NCBI GenBank assembly: GCA_030704615.1
Contig: CM060733.1
Location: 9,238,001 to 9,302,000 of the forward strand
Direction of reading: 5' to 3'
DNA from: Takakia lepidozioides
Taxonomy: Eukaryota; Plantae; Bryophyta
Length of the DNA: 64,000 bases
In this document: positions 37,056-49,436 of the stretch, piece by piece
Position numbering within the stretch: the first letter of the stretch is position 1
Layout: every line of letters begins with the position of its first letter
The notes under the pieces: model-generated
Seen by the model: only the letters and a program-made list of their open reading frames with translations
Databases searched by the model: none
What the model was told of the DNA's origin: nothing
Translations under genes and position numbers: made by a program

Positions 37056-37673
37056 ATGGGAAAGAATCCAAAAAGGAGATTAGTGGAGCAAGTCATGGAG
37101 CTCAAGATGACAGCCAAAACCTTGTCTAGGCAGGCCAAAAAGTGTGAGAAGGAGCAGAAGAGCGAGAAGCTCAAGGTGAAAAAGGCGATGGAGAAAGGTA
37201 ACATGGATGGCGCTCGCATCTACGCGCAAAATGCCATACGGAAACGCACCGAGGAGCTCAATCTACTTCGTCTTTCATCACAGCTTGACGCTGTAGTAAC
37301 ACGCCTTGACACACAAGCCAAGACAATGACTATCAACAAGTCCATGGACTCGATTGTTCGCGCCCTTGACAAGACCCTTGCCTCACCTAACCTCCAGAAG
37401 ATGATGGAGACCATGGACAAATTTGAGCAGCAGTTTACGAGCATAGAGGTGCAATCTGAGTTTGTGCAGAATGCTATGGCTGGTAGCACGTCTCTCTCCT
37501 CCCCAGAAGAGGAAGTTAATTCTTTGATACAACAAGTAGCCGATGACTATGGCTTGGAGGTTTCCGTGGGATTGCCTCAGCCAGCGTCCCATGATGTCCC
37601 GGTGCATGAACAATCAGAAACTTCAACGGAAGACGATTTAACCCAACGCTTGGCGGAACTCAAGACCAGATGA
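37056..37673 (+). CDS. CHMP1: ESCRT-III subunit CHMP1/VPS46 (Snf7 family), single coding exon
   Basis: [45 protein letters not shown]-terminal [14 protein letters not shown]. Confidence 0.95.
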   Translation: MGKNPKRRLVEQVMELKMTAKTLSRQAKKCEKEQKSEKLKVKKAMEKGNMDGARIYAQNAIRKRTEELNLLRLSSQLDAVVTRLDTQAKTMTINKSMDSIVRALDKTLASPNLQKMMETMDKFEQQFTSIEVQSEFVQNAMAGSTSLSSPEEEVNSLIQQVADDYGLEVSVGLPQPASHDVPVHEQSETSTEDDLTQRLAELKTR

Positions 37674-38686
37674 ATAACCTTTGATGTCCTGGAGATGGAT
37701 ATGCAAGGGGACAGACACTTTCTCTCTGCTCCTTCAATGAGAATGGCATCATTTGTTACAAAGCTATCCCAGTTTGTCGCTGAAAAATGCCAGCAGGATT
37801 GGGAAGATACTCTAACCCGAGTACACAAAGCAGGCTTCCAAGGAGTGTAATCTCAAGCAGTAGGTGCAACGCGCTGGTGACAAGATCTCAACCAATAACG
37901 AGAAGACGTTGCTGAGAACTAACAATGTGCTTCAAGATAGACAATTCGGGACAATGATAATGCACGAAGTGTATGGCGATGGGCTCTGTGACTGCACAAT
38001 GCAATCAGCCCCATGCGGTTCCATTTCTTTGTTGCAGTCACACATTTTTTTATGCGTCTCAGTTTATTCGACTACCGCGCTTTCATTTTACAAAGCTACT
38101 TCCAACTGACTCCTTTTTTTCTTATCTGGTTGATGCCATCGAGGGCCACAACGACGCAGCTTACCTGCCTCTTCAGGAGTCCCCGTCCATCAAGACTACA
38201 GATTGAAACAAACACGTCAACCCCAATTTAGTGCCGGTCTGCCAACCAGATCTTTTGGCATTTGCAAAGCAATCAAGACAACAGGCACACGAAAATCATT
38301 TTTCCTGAACTTGGTGTGCAAGGGTTATAGTGCATGGATGCCTTCTAGCCCTTCCCCCCGACAGAACAGTTTAATGTTACATGCTGACACATCGTGAAAT
38401 CCTGCCACAAGGCTTCAGATTTGGGTAAGTTACTCTCTGTGCGATCAGCCTCCTCCACTAACTGTGGATGAAGGATACAAAGGGATGAATGTGGAAGGCT
38501 CTACAGAAGGAGCAGGGAAGGCTAGGTAGACCACCTAGACTCTAGACACGAGGAAGTAGAGTCTACTCTACACTGTAGACTCCCTAGCCATCTACACTCC
38601 CAGCACGCTGCTATGGAGCCTGCAACAGCATTGCAATTCGTTCAAGATTTTGGTAAAGCATGTAGGTGCAGATACATTGATAGCAT

Positions 38687-40282
38687 ATGCCCAGGGATAG
38701 AGGAGGATTCGAAGAGGCGATGACGAGTTTCAGGGAGTTCAGAGGGACGGAGGCATGGGGAGTGGAGGCGTGGAAGGCAATGTGTAGGGTACGAGAGGCG
38801 GCCCCCTTGATCCAATGCATCACCAACTTTGTGAGCATGGATATCATGGCCAACACGCTCTTGGCTGCTGGAGCTTCCCCAGCCATGGTGCATGCGGTTG
38901 AAGAGATCACAGAGTTTACAGCTCTGTCCAATGCGCTTTGTATCAACATCGGTACTCTGTCTCCAGATTGGATCTTCTCAATGAAGGTGCTTCTCTGCAT
39001 TACTGGAATCTTTATGGAGATATAGGCAGATAATGTAACCATCGAGTCACTACGTGCAATTCTGTGGTTGCGTTTCGTAATGATGGTGGGAGTACCATGC
39101 TATAACTCAGTCAGTGGGTTTTGCAAACAGAACTACCATTTATTTTACTAGCACCACCTGTAATTTTCATGTAAAATGTAGCATATCGAGTATCATTAAA
39201 TGGTTGTCTTGTTACCGGGAATAAGGAGACTCGGAAGTTTTCTTACTCTTTTTTATATACTTCCATGAAGGTTGCAGCAGCACGAGCAAATGAATTGCAG
39301 AAACCGTGGGTCTTGGATCCGGTGGGTGTTGGAGCAACCCGTTTTCGCACTGAGAAGTGTATCGAGTTGATCCAGTTGAAACCGACGGTAATTCGAGGGA
39401 ATGCTTCTGAAATTATGGCTCTTGTAGGGGCCACGACGGGATCGACAAAGGTTGTGCCTCAACCCGAGTTTCTGTATCCAATTTTGTTTGAAGTTATCAA
39501 TATCTTCTAGTTGATATTTTCAACGTGGCAGCAGCAACATGAACCTCGACACATCCTGTCTAGCTACAAAATGGTGCTTACAGCAGATTCACTTACAGTC
39601 TCTTCTTTCTTTCTCACATACACTCTTACACATCCAGGCTACTGTAATGAACATTGTGCTGTATACTATGATGGCATCTCATCCCATGATTCAAGACTTA
39701 ATTCTCATCCGCAGGATGCCATGGCAATTGCAATGACGGGCTGAGTTTCTTACTCCGGATGGCATGTCCCCATTATGAGCTACATGAGGTTTGGGACTAA
39801 GATGTTGAAAGGTTGATGTGGTTTATGGAGGGAATCTTGATTTTATTAAGTAGCTGTACATTCTAATTTGGCATGACCTGTTGACTTGCCAGGGGGTTGA
39901 TAGCACACAAGCCTCAACAGATGCTCTTGAAGCAGCTAAGGAATTGGCACGGGCAGCACAATGTATAGTTGCAGTTTCAGGGGCTGTGGATCTGGTGACA
40001 GACGGCAAGCGAGTATTAGGCGTTAGCAATGGGGTTGCACTAATGCAGCGCATCACAGCAACTGGATGTGCTGTCACGTCCCTCATAGCTGCCTTTGTGG
40101 CTGTCCATCCTGGGCGTCCATTAGAAGCTGCTTCCTTTGCATTGGCATTGTTTGGGCTTGCAGGAGAGATAGGGAATGAAAAGGCTAGTGGGCCTGCCTC
40201 GTTGCGTGTGAATTTACTGGATGCACTGCACTCGTTGGATGAGATATCTGTATCTTCTCGAATAAGAATTGCCCAAATTTGA
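38687..40282 (+). CDS. THIM: Hydroxyethylthiazole kinase; exons 38687-38986, 39271-39450, 39893-40282
   Basis: PLIQCITNFVSMDIMANTLLAAGASPAM, INIGTL, PWVLDPVGVGAT.FR, IRGNASEI, KGVDS, ITATGC, GPAS; two phase-0 GT-AG introns. Confidence 0.95.
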
Positions 40283-40727
40283 ACGAACTGGGATTTCTGG
40301 CTTTTTGTCTTCAAGTCTTATTTATCATAACATGTGTGAAGTAACTTTGGTGCACAATCAGCGAATCCTAAGAAACTGTTTGAATTGTAACGGTGCTCTG
40401 CCTTTGTAGGTTACAGGTTTGGATGGGTAGATTGGCTATATTATGTGAGGCAAGTTTGAAGCAGATGTTGTGGTTCAATAACCTCTGCTTAATCCACATC
40501 TGTGGTGGTTACAGTCTCTGGGGCTTACTTCTGTCAATTGTCTCCGTTGCATAGTTTGTTCGTACATGTAGCACTCATTCCATACATCATGTGCTTCCAG
40601 AGTCTCTCTGTTTCAACTACCTGATTCTAGTCTCATCTGATGGTATGATGGTGGCTTTTACAGTTGTGTAAGTGAAAGTGTGGAGTCTCCAGCACCTGCT
40701 GCTAGTCTGGAGGAGCCCTGCCTAGGC

Positions 40728-41455
40728 ACTGATGACTGCTGGCTCTATCCTTGACTTAATGTGTGTGTGCAAGTTGCGTTTAGTCCAATCACTCCCTTTT
40801 TCTTTGGGGCCTTTAGAGACTCTATTCTATTGCACAGAAGAATGCTGCCAAGGTTTCTTTTTGAGCCTGTTCTCTGCTCCCTTTATCTCTCGCAGTCTTG
40901 GCTTTCCAGAGTGTGAAGCAGCCTGGTTTGCTGGCATTGTAGGTGTCTCTCTAATGCTCTTGCTGTCAGGTAATTGGCTGTGTGACACATGCAGCAACTG
41001 CTTACAGCGTCTCATTCTGGTGCTCCTTGATTAGAATGCTGTCGCCAACTAGGCATCTCATCTTCTTGCTATTCTTGTGACATGAGCTCGTTCCTAGCCA
41101 AGGGCATCCAGCCTCAAGAAGCAGGAAATGTATGTGGTGGGGAAACCTTGTAACCTTCCAACACCACTACTGTTTACTCTCTTCCTGAAGCTTCAGTTCT
41201 CCTATGATACAGTGAAGAGTGGGATTCTTTCACCAAGCTGTGAACCTCTGACTAGTCCCTTGTGACTCGAGCTGGTTAGTCACTTCCCCTTCCCCTCTCT
41301 ATATTACGTGTTATCTGTGTCAGTTCTTTACATGCTGTCAAGTTTCTGCCATTGTGTTGTGTTATCAATACATTGCAGATCTTACATGAGGAAGTGCACA
41401 TTTTTCTAGTATACATATGGAGTTGTACTCATTTGGATGCCGTCAAACCCTAGCA
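40728..41455 (+). pseudogene. Decayed partial duplicate of the GlcAT14 5' region
   Basis: 40728-41116 resembles 29967-30370; 41117-41455 resembles 31533-31862 (exon 1 end and intron 1 start) with many indels. Confidence 0.8.
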
Positions 41456-43159
41456 ATCAATCAGTTGAGTGCAACTGCAAATCAGGTCCCTAATGACACA
41501 GGGCCCGCATCTCCAGCCACCAGAGTGTTCCCCTTCCACCCAAAAGATTCAAGGTCCAACACAAAATCCGCTTTGTAAATTGCATTGCCAGACAGCTGAC
41601 TGCAGGTATTGTCTTTGGACCCATCCAAGCTGCGTAAAGATGCTGCATCTTAGTTCTTGTCTTGGTCTATATCCTATATATATTATGTCAACTATAATCT
41701 TTGTAAATAAAATAATTTAGTTAACCGGTGGAACATAGACATCAACCATAGTACTCGATGAGAACCAGAATGGGTCTTTGTATTTATTGGTCTGCTCATG
41801 GAATAGGGCAACGTTAGGCAGTGCACTCATCATGTGGCACACGCCAAAATTTGTAAGCATGGACCAATCTCTATCTCAGTTTTGAGAGGAAGCATGTAGT
41901 CAATCCGCTCTACCTTAACCAAGTGTTTCATCACTCAAAGATGGAGGAAGGAAGTTCAGTTCAAGACCGATATCCATGGAAAAGGCACCATTGTGTTTCA
42001 ATTATTGTCTGGAGTGCCAAAAGAGATCGGTGTTCTCTATGTTTACAGTATTGAACAAAAACCTGTTGTTAGTTAGTCAGATGAAAAAGCCGACCCAGAT
42101 GAAAGATCAATTGGCACCCTTTGCTCCCTAGGTTGCTGTATTGATTTCTGAGATTTGGAGGCAGCTCATTCTCTCTGATATGTGGTGGTTATCTGATTTG
42201 TGAATGCAGCGCATGCGCCTGATGGGAATTTCACCAGCCATAAGTAATCTCAGCAGCCACCGACTAAAGAAAACCCGGAGGGGCCTCCAGGTGGGCAAGC
42301 AGTTCTAGTTTATCTGCACCAAAAGGGTGCTGGAATGAATGTGGGGATAGATTTTCAAGTTGGTGAACAGAGGTGCAGGACAATGTTCTTCATGTTCCTG
42401 AAAAGGGAAAGTGAGAGAATCTACTCATAGAAGTATGTTTCTTGTAGCCTTCTGGCCATAGACCCCAGTGCCCCGCCTCACATAAGCATGGTCTTGTTGT
42501 GTGTAGGCTGCCCATCTCTCTTACGTGGAATGCCAGGCGAAAGTACTCTGTATGTAGCAGTGGTATGGGCCATTGCTGCATGATCCACCTGCCAGTGTTT
42601 TGAGGGTACATGTAGTGATTATTATCATTAGATATTAGTGGGCATCTGACACTTTACAGCTTCAGGTTTTGGTGCACACTATGTTTTTGGAGCATATAGG
42701 GATTATATGCAGGTGCCCTTTTCTAAAGCATTGGGAAAGCAGACATGTTGAATTTTCTGGTAATCAGGTGCATTTTCATCATTCAATTCCTGGATAACAG
42801 GGTCTTGAAATGTGCTCAGTCGTTTATGAAGTTCTAGCGAAGTGGCTTCCTCTGTGTTTTCCCAGGGATTTGAATGAACTTGAGCTTGTCTGAGAGTGAA
42901 GGATGTCCATAAAATTACCATAGCTCGTACCAGCAACTGGGAATTGAGGTAACTAGTGCATTGTGGCGTTGAAGATTCTCCTGCGACTTTAGCAGCTGCG
43001 ATTTCGCATGCACTGTCCTGTTCATGCTGTGTGACGACGGTGTGCTCAGTGCTTCCGGCGTCAGTGGAATACCATGGCGTCTTCAAAGGCAACATTCTGC
43101 TCGGTTGATCAGCCTCTGCCCTTCACGGCGTGTGTGGATGACGATGGTTTCGCCCTTAG

Positions 43160-43490
43160 GGAAATAGAGGAGTAGAATCTGTCAAGCCTTGCCATGCAAA
43201 GATCATTAATATCTCTGTTGTTGGTCCAGGTGAAGAAGGGGTTAGCTCCCATCGGGTCGCTGGGGGGTCCTTCTAATTCTGCCAAGCTGTGAGACTGGAT
43301 TAGAGATTGCCAGGAGAGGTCTTCTTCAGGGCTTAGGTGAGTTGCAGAACTCCCCATTCTGTCAGATTCCTTTTCTACCATGTTGAAATCACCCGCCACA
43401 ATCCATCTACAGATGTCACTGTGATACGCCATCTGGAGGTTTATCTTGGCCCAGAGATCCGCTCTGAGAAGAGAATCGTTTGGCACAAAA
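43160..43490 (-). mobile_element. L1/Tx1-type LINE endonuclease fragment
   Basis: PND...LW, WIVAGDFNMVE..SDR, FTWTN, ARLDRFY. Confidence 0.85.
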
Positions 43491-43713
43491 CTTAAATGTA
43501 ACCATTTTTGTTTGACTAGGTATGGTAGATATTTGAACTCAAGCATACATAGAGCACTTACGATAGATTGCAATTCTAGTGTTTTTGCATACGAAGACAA
43601 AGAATGAAAAGAAGGTTTGTTGGGAGACTTCCTCCTTCCTCCAGGTGTCACGTCCTCTCCTCTGTTGAAAGCTCGTTCCTGATGTGCCTTCTCCTTAGCA
43701 CCTCTCTCAGGGT

Positions 43714-44007
43714 CAGTGTTTTGTTTTTGAAATTTTGGAAAATAACAAGAGTGGCTACTGAGTTTTGCAAGAAATAGCCATATTTTCTGTTCATCCACTG
43801 AAATTTGGATAGAATCACCCTCCTCTGGACTTTCATCAATGTATATTATCCATATTAGGCAAATTCATCCAAGATTTATATTTTATTTGAATTTTTTTGG
43901 CTATTTCATCCATGAGAAAACAGGGAATTTACAATTTACGACAAAATATTCCATTTTATTTTTTGAGGTCGAAAAAGTGCGAAGTTTCGCCAGAAATAAA
44001 AACACTG
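43714..44007. mobile_element. hAT-like MITE
   Basis: CAGTGTTTT...AAAACACTG termini; 8-bp TSD CTCAGGGT/GTCAGGGT. Confidence 0.8.
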
Positions 44008-44105
44008 GTCAGGGTATATCTCTGGCTGAAGAACTTATGAGAAATAAATGGCAATTTTTCAAGTCTATTATGGATGAAAGTAGATTTCATTATTCACAAA
44101 AACTC

Positions 44106-44370
44106 CTGAAAAGGGGTGTGCGGCACCGCACACCTCTTTCAGTGGCACCGCACACTAACAGAAAACCCAAGCCCTAAACCCTAAAAACCCCAAAAAAAAA
44201 AAAAAAAAAACCCTGAAAAGAGGTTTGTGGTACCGCACACCTCCTCTTTCAGTGGCACCGTACACTTAAAAAAAACCCTAAGAAAACCCTTAAAACCCGA
44301 GAAAACAAGAAAAACATTCAGTGGCATCTGTGGGGAAAAAACCCTAGAAACCCTAAAGAAACGCTAAAGA
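44106..44370. repeat. Two ~37-bp palindromes separated by A-rich, telomere-like (AAACCCT) spacers
   Basis: CTGAAAAGRGGTKTGYGGYACCGCACACCTC(CTC)TTTCAG at ~44107 and ~44213; CCCTAAA-like motifs between and after. Confidence 0.75.
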
Positions 44371-44499
44371 ACCTCTAATTACCCATCCATATTATCAACT
44401 TCCTCTTAATTACTAATCTGGATTGGGGCCCACTGTCAATATCGCAACAATTGGTTGGATCCATGGCAACTGTGCTCTACATATAACCTTGTCACTGGC

Positions 44500-47061
44500 A
44501 TGTCTATAGGGACATCCTGCCCGCGGTTATAGCTAACCACTATGCAAGCAATTCGGGCCAGGCTCTTGCCCTTTGGCTCCTGGATTTTGAAAAGGCCTTC
44601 GACAAGGTAGATTGGTCTTTTCTCATGGCGGTCTTGAAGAAATCAGGCATCCCAATTGGCTTTCGCCAGTGGGTTCAGATTCTCCTTCAGGGAGCAACCA
44701 GCAGAGTAATAATCAACGGGCATCTGTCCAAGCCCTTCATGCTACAACGCTCTGTCAGACAGGGGTGCCCTCTAGCGCCCTTTCTCTTCCTTTTTGTAGC
44801 TGATACCCTTGGTCACATGCTGGACAATAACACTCTAGTGAGGGGCCTCAACCTGCAGAACCCAAGAAATAACCACCACAAACAGGTTAAGGATTCCATG
44901 TTTGTTGATGACACATTTCTGCTACTGCAAGCTGACGATCCTTCCCTATCGGCAGCAGAAAGTACACTCTCTCATTTTTGCAGTGTCTCTGGATTTAGAG
45001 TCAACTGGTCCAAAACCAAAGCCATGCTTCTCGGTGACATCTCAAAATCTGCCATAGGGCCCAACCCTACCTGGGGACAACATCTAGGGCTTCAGTGGCT
45101 TAAAGAAGGTGAGCCCACCATGTTATTGGGGCACACTTTTGGTATCAACCTGTCTGAAGAGCAACGAATAGGCCACACAATTCAGAAGCTCAAACGCAAC
45201 CTGGCCTACTGGGGGTCCTGTCACTTGTCCATCACTGGTAGGGCATTAGTTGCCAACCAAATCTTGCTGGCAGGGATCTGGTACTTTGCTTCAACTTGGA
45301 GTCCTGGGTCGAAACTCATCAAGGAAATCAAGAGATTAATTAGGAACTTCATCTGGGAGCGGAGTCTTCCACCCACAATAAAAGGCCCCAAGTATCCTGG
45401 GCCCAAATATGTCTTCCAAAAAAAATGGGAGGCCTAGGTGTTTTGGATCCAGAATTGCAAATCAAGGCTCTTTTGGGAAAATGGATCCCCAGATTCATAG
45501 GGCCAGAGGACAGCTGGTGGAAGCTCATGGTCAATTCCACCATTTCCTCCTCCTCACCCTTGCAACAAGTCCTTGGCCCGCATCCAATCGCTGGCTGCTG
45601 CAAGGCTTCAACCACAAATCTCCTGGTTCCCCTCTTTGGTCTTCAATCTGGAACTCCTGGAATTCCCTCATACCATTCTTGAGGAAACGGGACCCTTCCA
45701 CGTTCCAGGAAACACTAAGACAACACATGTTCCTTAATGAACCTAACCCCTCTCTTCTGGAAAAACAAGAAGCTAAGAAATGGGCAGCTTGGGAATCTAG
45801 GGGTATCTCGACAGTCAACAATCTATGGGTCAACTCCCCCCAATTGCTACAGCAAGCTTTAGGGACCACCCGCCTTAGATCCGGGATTGCTCAAATCATC
45901 CTCTCCATCCCAGACACCTAGAAACTGATTCTCAAAGCAGGGCAAGGTGATTTTCATCCTGGTCAATGGGTTATGCACAATCCTCCCTCTCTACAGGTCT
46001 TCTACGTTTCCGTGGTTTCTCAGCAATTGTTCAAGGGCTTCTACTTCACAGCGGACGACCTCTCCGGACGTCTTTGTCTTTCCAGTCATGACCTAGTCAT
46101 AGTCCCTAATCTCAATTCCACCCTAGTTCGTATTTGCCAATGGACCTCCCAGGACAAAGTATTCAATCCTATTGCACCCAGAGGTATTAACACCCTTACT
46201 TGGCTTAGCAAGGGACCCTTCGTCTTATTTGGGAATTCTGGCATTTCAACATTGCAACTAGACCCATCAGAATGGAAATGGGCTTTCCAGGAAGAGCTCC
46301 ACCCCCTGTTCTCATACACTGCCAAGATGGGCTACAGAGCGATGCTCGGTGCAAGCCCTCCTATCTCAAAATGGGAAGGCAGATGGGCTCATGAAAACTT
46401 CAATCAGGAGAACTGGAAGGGCATTTGGACAACCATCTGGGATAAGACCAAGCCAGCCAAAATTAGTGCATTCTTATGGCAAGTGGCAAACAGGGTTCTC
46501 AAGGTGGGCCAATTTCTGAACTACAAAGATGCACTCCTGTGTCACTGCTGCACAAATCAGACAATAGAAATACTAGAACATTGCCTTCTCTACTGTCTGG
46601 CACCAGCATCCATCTGGCCGATAGTGCAATGCTTCTATAGCTCCTGGGAGGCATTGCAATTTGGATCCATGGCAATCTTACTTAACTATTACAAAAGCCA
46701 AAAATCCAAAGCCACTGACTGCCCTGTCTTTGAGTCTCTCAGGAGCTCGGTACTTTGGAACATCTGGAGAAGTAGATGTGCATGGGCAATCAACAATGAG
46801 AACACCTCTGTGTCAGCAATCTTAACTCTGGTTTTCTTTGATCTGTTGATTGCTGCTAAAAAGGCGTGGGCCACACTGTGTGCAGAAGCTACCAAGAAGC
46901 CTCAGCGTCTGCCTACCCTCATCTCTGCCTTCCGCACCACTTGGGGCAAGGAGGGAATCCTTTGTCGCTGCTATGATGACCTCACCTGTGTATGGGCAGA
47001 CAAACTCCCCTGCTGTTGGGAGGGACACAGAGGACTCCTCTTCGGCCTCCCCAGAATTTGA
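44500..47061 (+). mobile_element. 5'-truncated L1/Tx1-type LINE ORF2 (RT plus C-terminal zinc-finger region), frameshifted
   Basis: LDFEKAFDKVDW, SVRQGCPLAPFLF, MFVDDT, GGLGV, KISAFLW, CHCC...EILEHCLLYC, LWNIWRSR. Confidence 0.92.
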
Positions 47062-48239
47062 AAGACCCGAGATCAACTGAAAACATGTCCGTTCGTCTTC
47101 TGCAATGCGGCTCCACTTCCATCGATAGCTTCTTGATTCATTCTGGCTCGGCTGCCTCTCTCCACCTCCCCTGATCAGCTCCACCGTCCGCCCCGTTCCA
47201 CTTCACAATCTCCACAGCGTTTTCCGTTTCGCGCCTACCCTACCCTCTCGTCTCCCCATCTATCTCGTTTTCTCCTTATTTTAACCCTAGTCAGGCACAT
47301 GTGCAAGTCTCTTTTGAGGCTTCTTCTTCTTGGCATGCAGAAGGCCAGTTTGCGCTTTTCCAATGCTTGGTCTTGGACTGGGAGATTTACTTGCACTTTC
47401 TAGCAGTCCTCTAGTCGACAGTTCGACTTAGTCTATGTCTTCTGTCACGGGGTTTTTTTTTCCAAAGGGGTTCACACACCCTCCCTAGGGCTCGTAAACC
47501 CAATAATAATAGGCAACACGCCGATAGAGCACTACTTCTTCTTACGGAATATCCGGGAAGAATCCTCAGTAACGAAGTTCAGTTATCTTGCATGGCTCTC
47601 ATGCGATATGCCTTATGGCAGCCTCGAGGGTTTTAATTTTTTCCCTCCAATAATTCAGCAATAAACTTACCAACCAGGGCCAAGTCCCCTGTTCTTCTTC
47701 TTCTTCTTCAAAAAAAAAAAAAAAAAAAAAAAAGTTTTGTCTCGGGTTGCCTGGCCCTTTTTTTTTTCTTTTTTTTTTTAACATTGATCAGGGGTCAGCA
47801 GCTCTGGATGGAAATTGTATCTGACCTTCCCAGACTGGCCAGCCTGGTACATAGTCTCTTTATGTGTCTTTTGTGAATAAACTTGGAAATTAAACTTCAG
47901 CAATATTGATTGGACAACGCCCACACAAACTTGGGGGGCTTAATTTGTATTGGTGGGTGGGTCGCAGTGGCCAAAGTCCAAAAATTCACTTACAATTGCT
48001 AAATCCATGGAATCTAGAAATTTGTGGCGGTGAAGAGGTGTGAGGAAATTTCAGGTTTCCTTAAAGATGAATTCTGCTGGGACTTGAGAGCTGTCTTTCC
48101 TTTTTCTAGGAGTACATCTAAATCTCCAGAATATAGAACCTTCCACATGTCCAGAGATGTTGGGCAGGTCCATGGTTGGTAAGTTCATCCCAAAAGGTCT
48201 AACTGGTTTTCAAACACCCAAGCACATGGCTATTTCAGC

Positions 48240-48557
48240 TCAACATGGATCGCGGGGGCTCGTAATGTTCCCCGTGCAAGTCAGGATACTAATGCCGCAA
48301 TTGAATCTTGGCACGGAAATTTGAAGGCTCGTTTAAGCTCGGGAAAGCAAAGGCTTGATGGCAGAAGAATTGATTGGCTGTTCAGCGAACTCGTGGGTCC
48401 TGTTCTAACCCACTATTGGTATAGTGATAACTTGAAATCGAAAGGCTTCAAAAGGAATGTACGACATGAGAAATTTATCAACAATGTTGTTTGGACTGCG
48501 AGGGAGATCCCTGACATCAATGTTCTCTCGCACAGTGCAAAAGACATTATAATATGA
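48240..48557 (+). mobile_element. MULE-type transposase fragment
   Basis: ASQDTNAAIESWHGNLK...GRRIDWL..ELVG.VLTHYWY. Confidence 0.7.
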
Positions 48558-49436
48558 ATCCTTGTCATCTCAAGCCCTCAGAGACTAGCAATGGTGATCT
48601 TTGTAGACAGTCACAGAAAGTATGACTGAAACTCAGAAGTGTTCAAATACCTCCTCGATTTTTTCTTCTCTTGCTAGGTGGGGAATGCAGTATCTGGGGC
48701 ATATGGTTGTTTGAGCCCAATCTGGCTCTATCACTATGTTGTCCTCGAATACAATGAATCACATACATCAAACAGTGTTTGTAGAGAAGAGTCTGGACCA
48801 CGAGAAAACCAACCATTACAGTTGCCAAAGCAAGCATTATATGATCTCTTCACCCTGAAGCACTGTTGCTTTCCAGTTGGAAGGTGGACGCCCTGTGGTT
48901 GTACCCAGAGCAACATGGTTGCTCCGACCTTGCCCAAGGTACCCACATATAGGTGACTAGTTGACTTACTGAACCCCATTTCCATAGCTGGATTGGCTAT
49001 TATGTGTGAAATCCAACATACATCTATGTGCTTTTGAACCCAAGATCACAACAACATGATCAAGCAGAGTACTGAAAAACAACCAAAAATGAACTTGGGA
49101 GTGAGAGTGATACCAAGAAGGCTGGGGAACCACCTTGGCTACAACTTGGGAATTGAATACAAAACTACACAGAAGAAGAACGGGGTCATACCACCAACAG
49201 CACCATCACCCCATGCCAGTCCTCATTGATGTATTTGTTCAGAGTCCACCCTGCTACTCAAGCAGAGATAAGGTAAACGATAGATCAAACCAGCAGTGGC
49301 ACTGCCAGGCACTTCCAAAACCAGCACTGAATTCATTGGCCTGTTAACTAAAACAAGAAGTTCTTCAATACTATATGCCCCTTTCGCACCAAGATCTGGA
49401 CCCTTGTACAGTCAGAAGAAAGCCGTATTACTCCAC

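Noticed and set aside
43109-43798. 229-aa ORF as a real gene
   Set aside because: Chance read-through from a MITE and spacer DNA into a LINE endonuclease fragment.
47520-47620. Hammerhead ribozyme on the minus strand (CTGAGGA plus stems)
   Set aside because: GAAA reads GAAG and no NUH cleavage site or stem III can be built.
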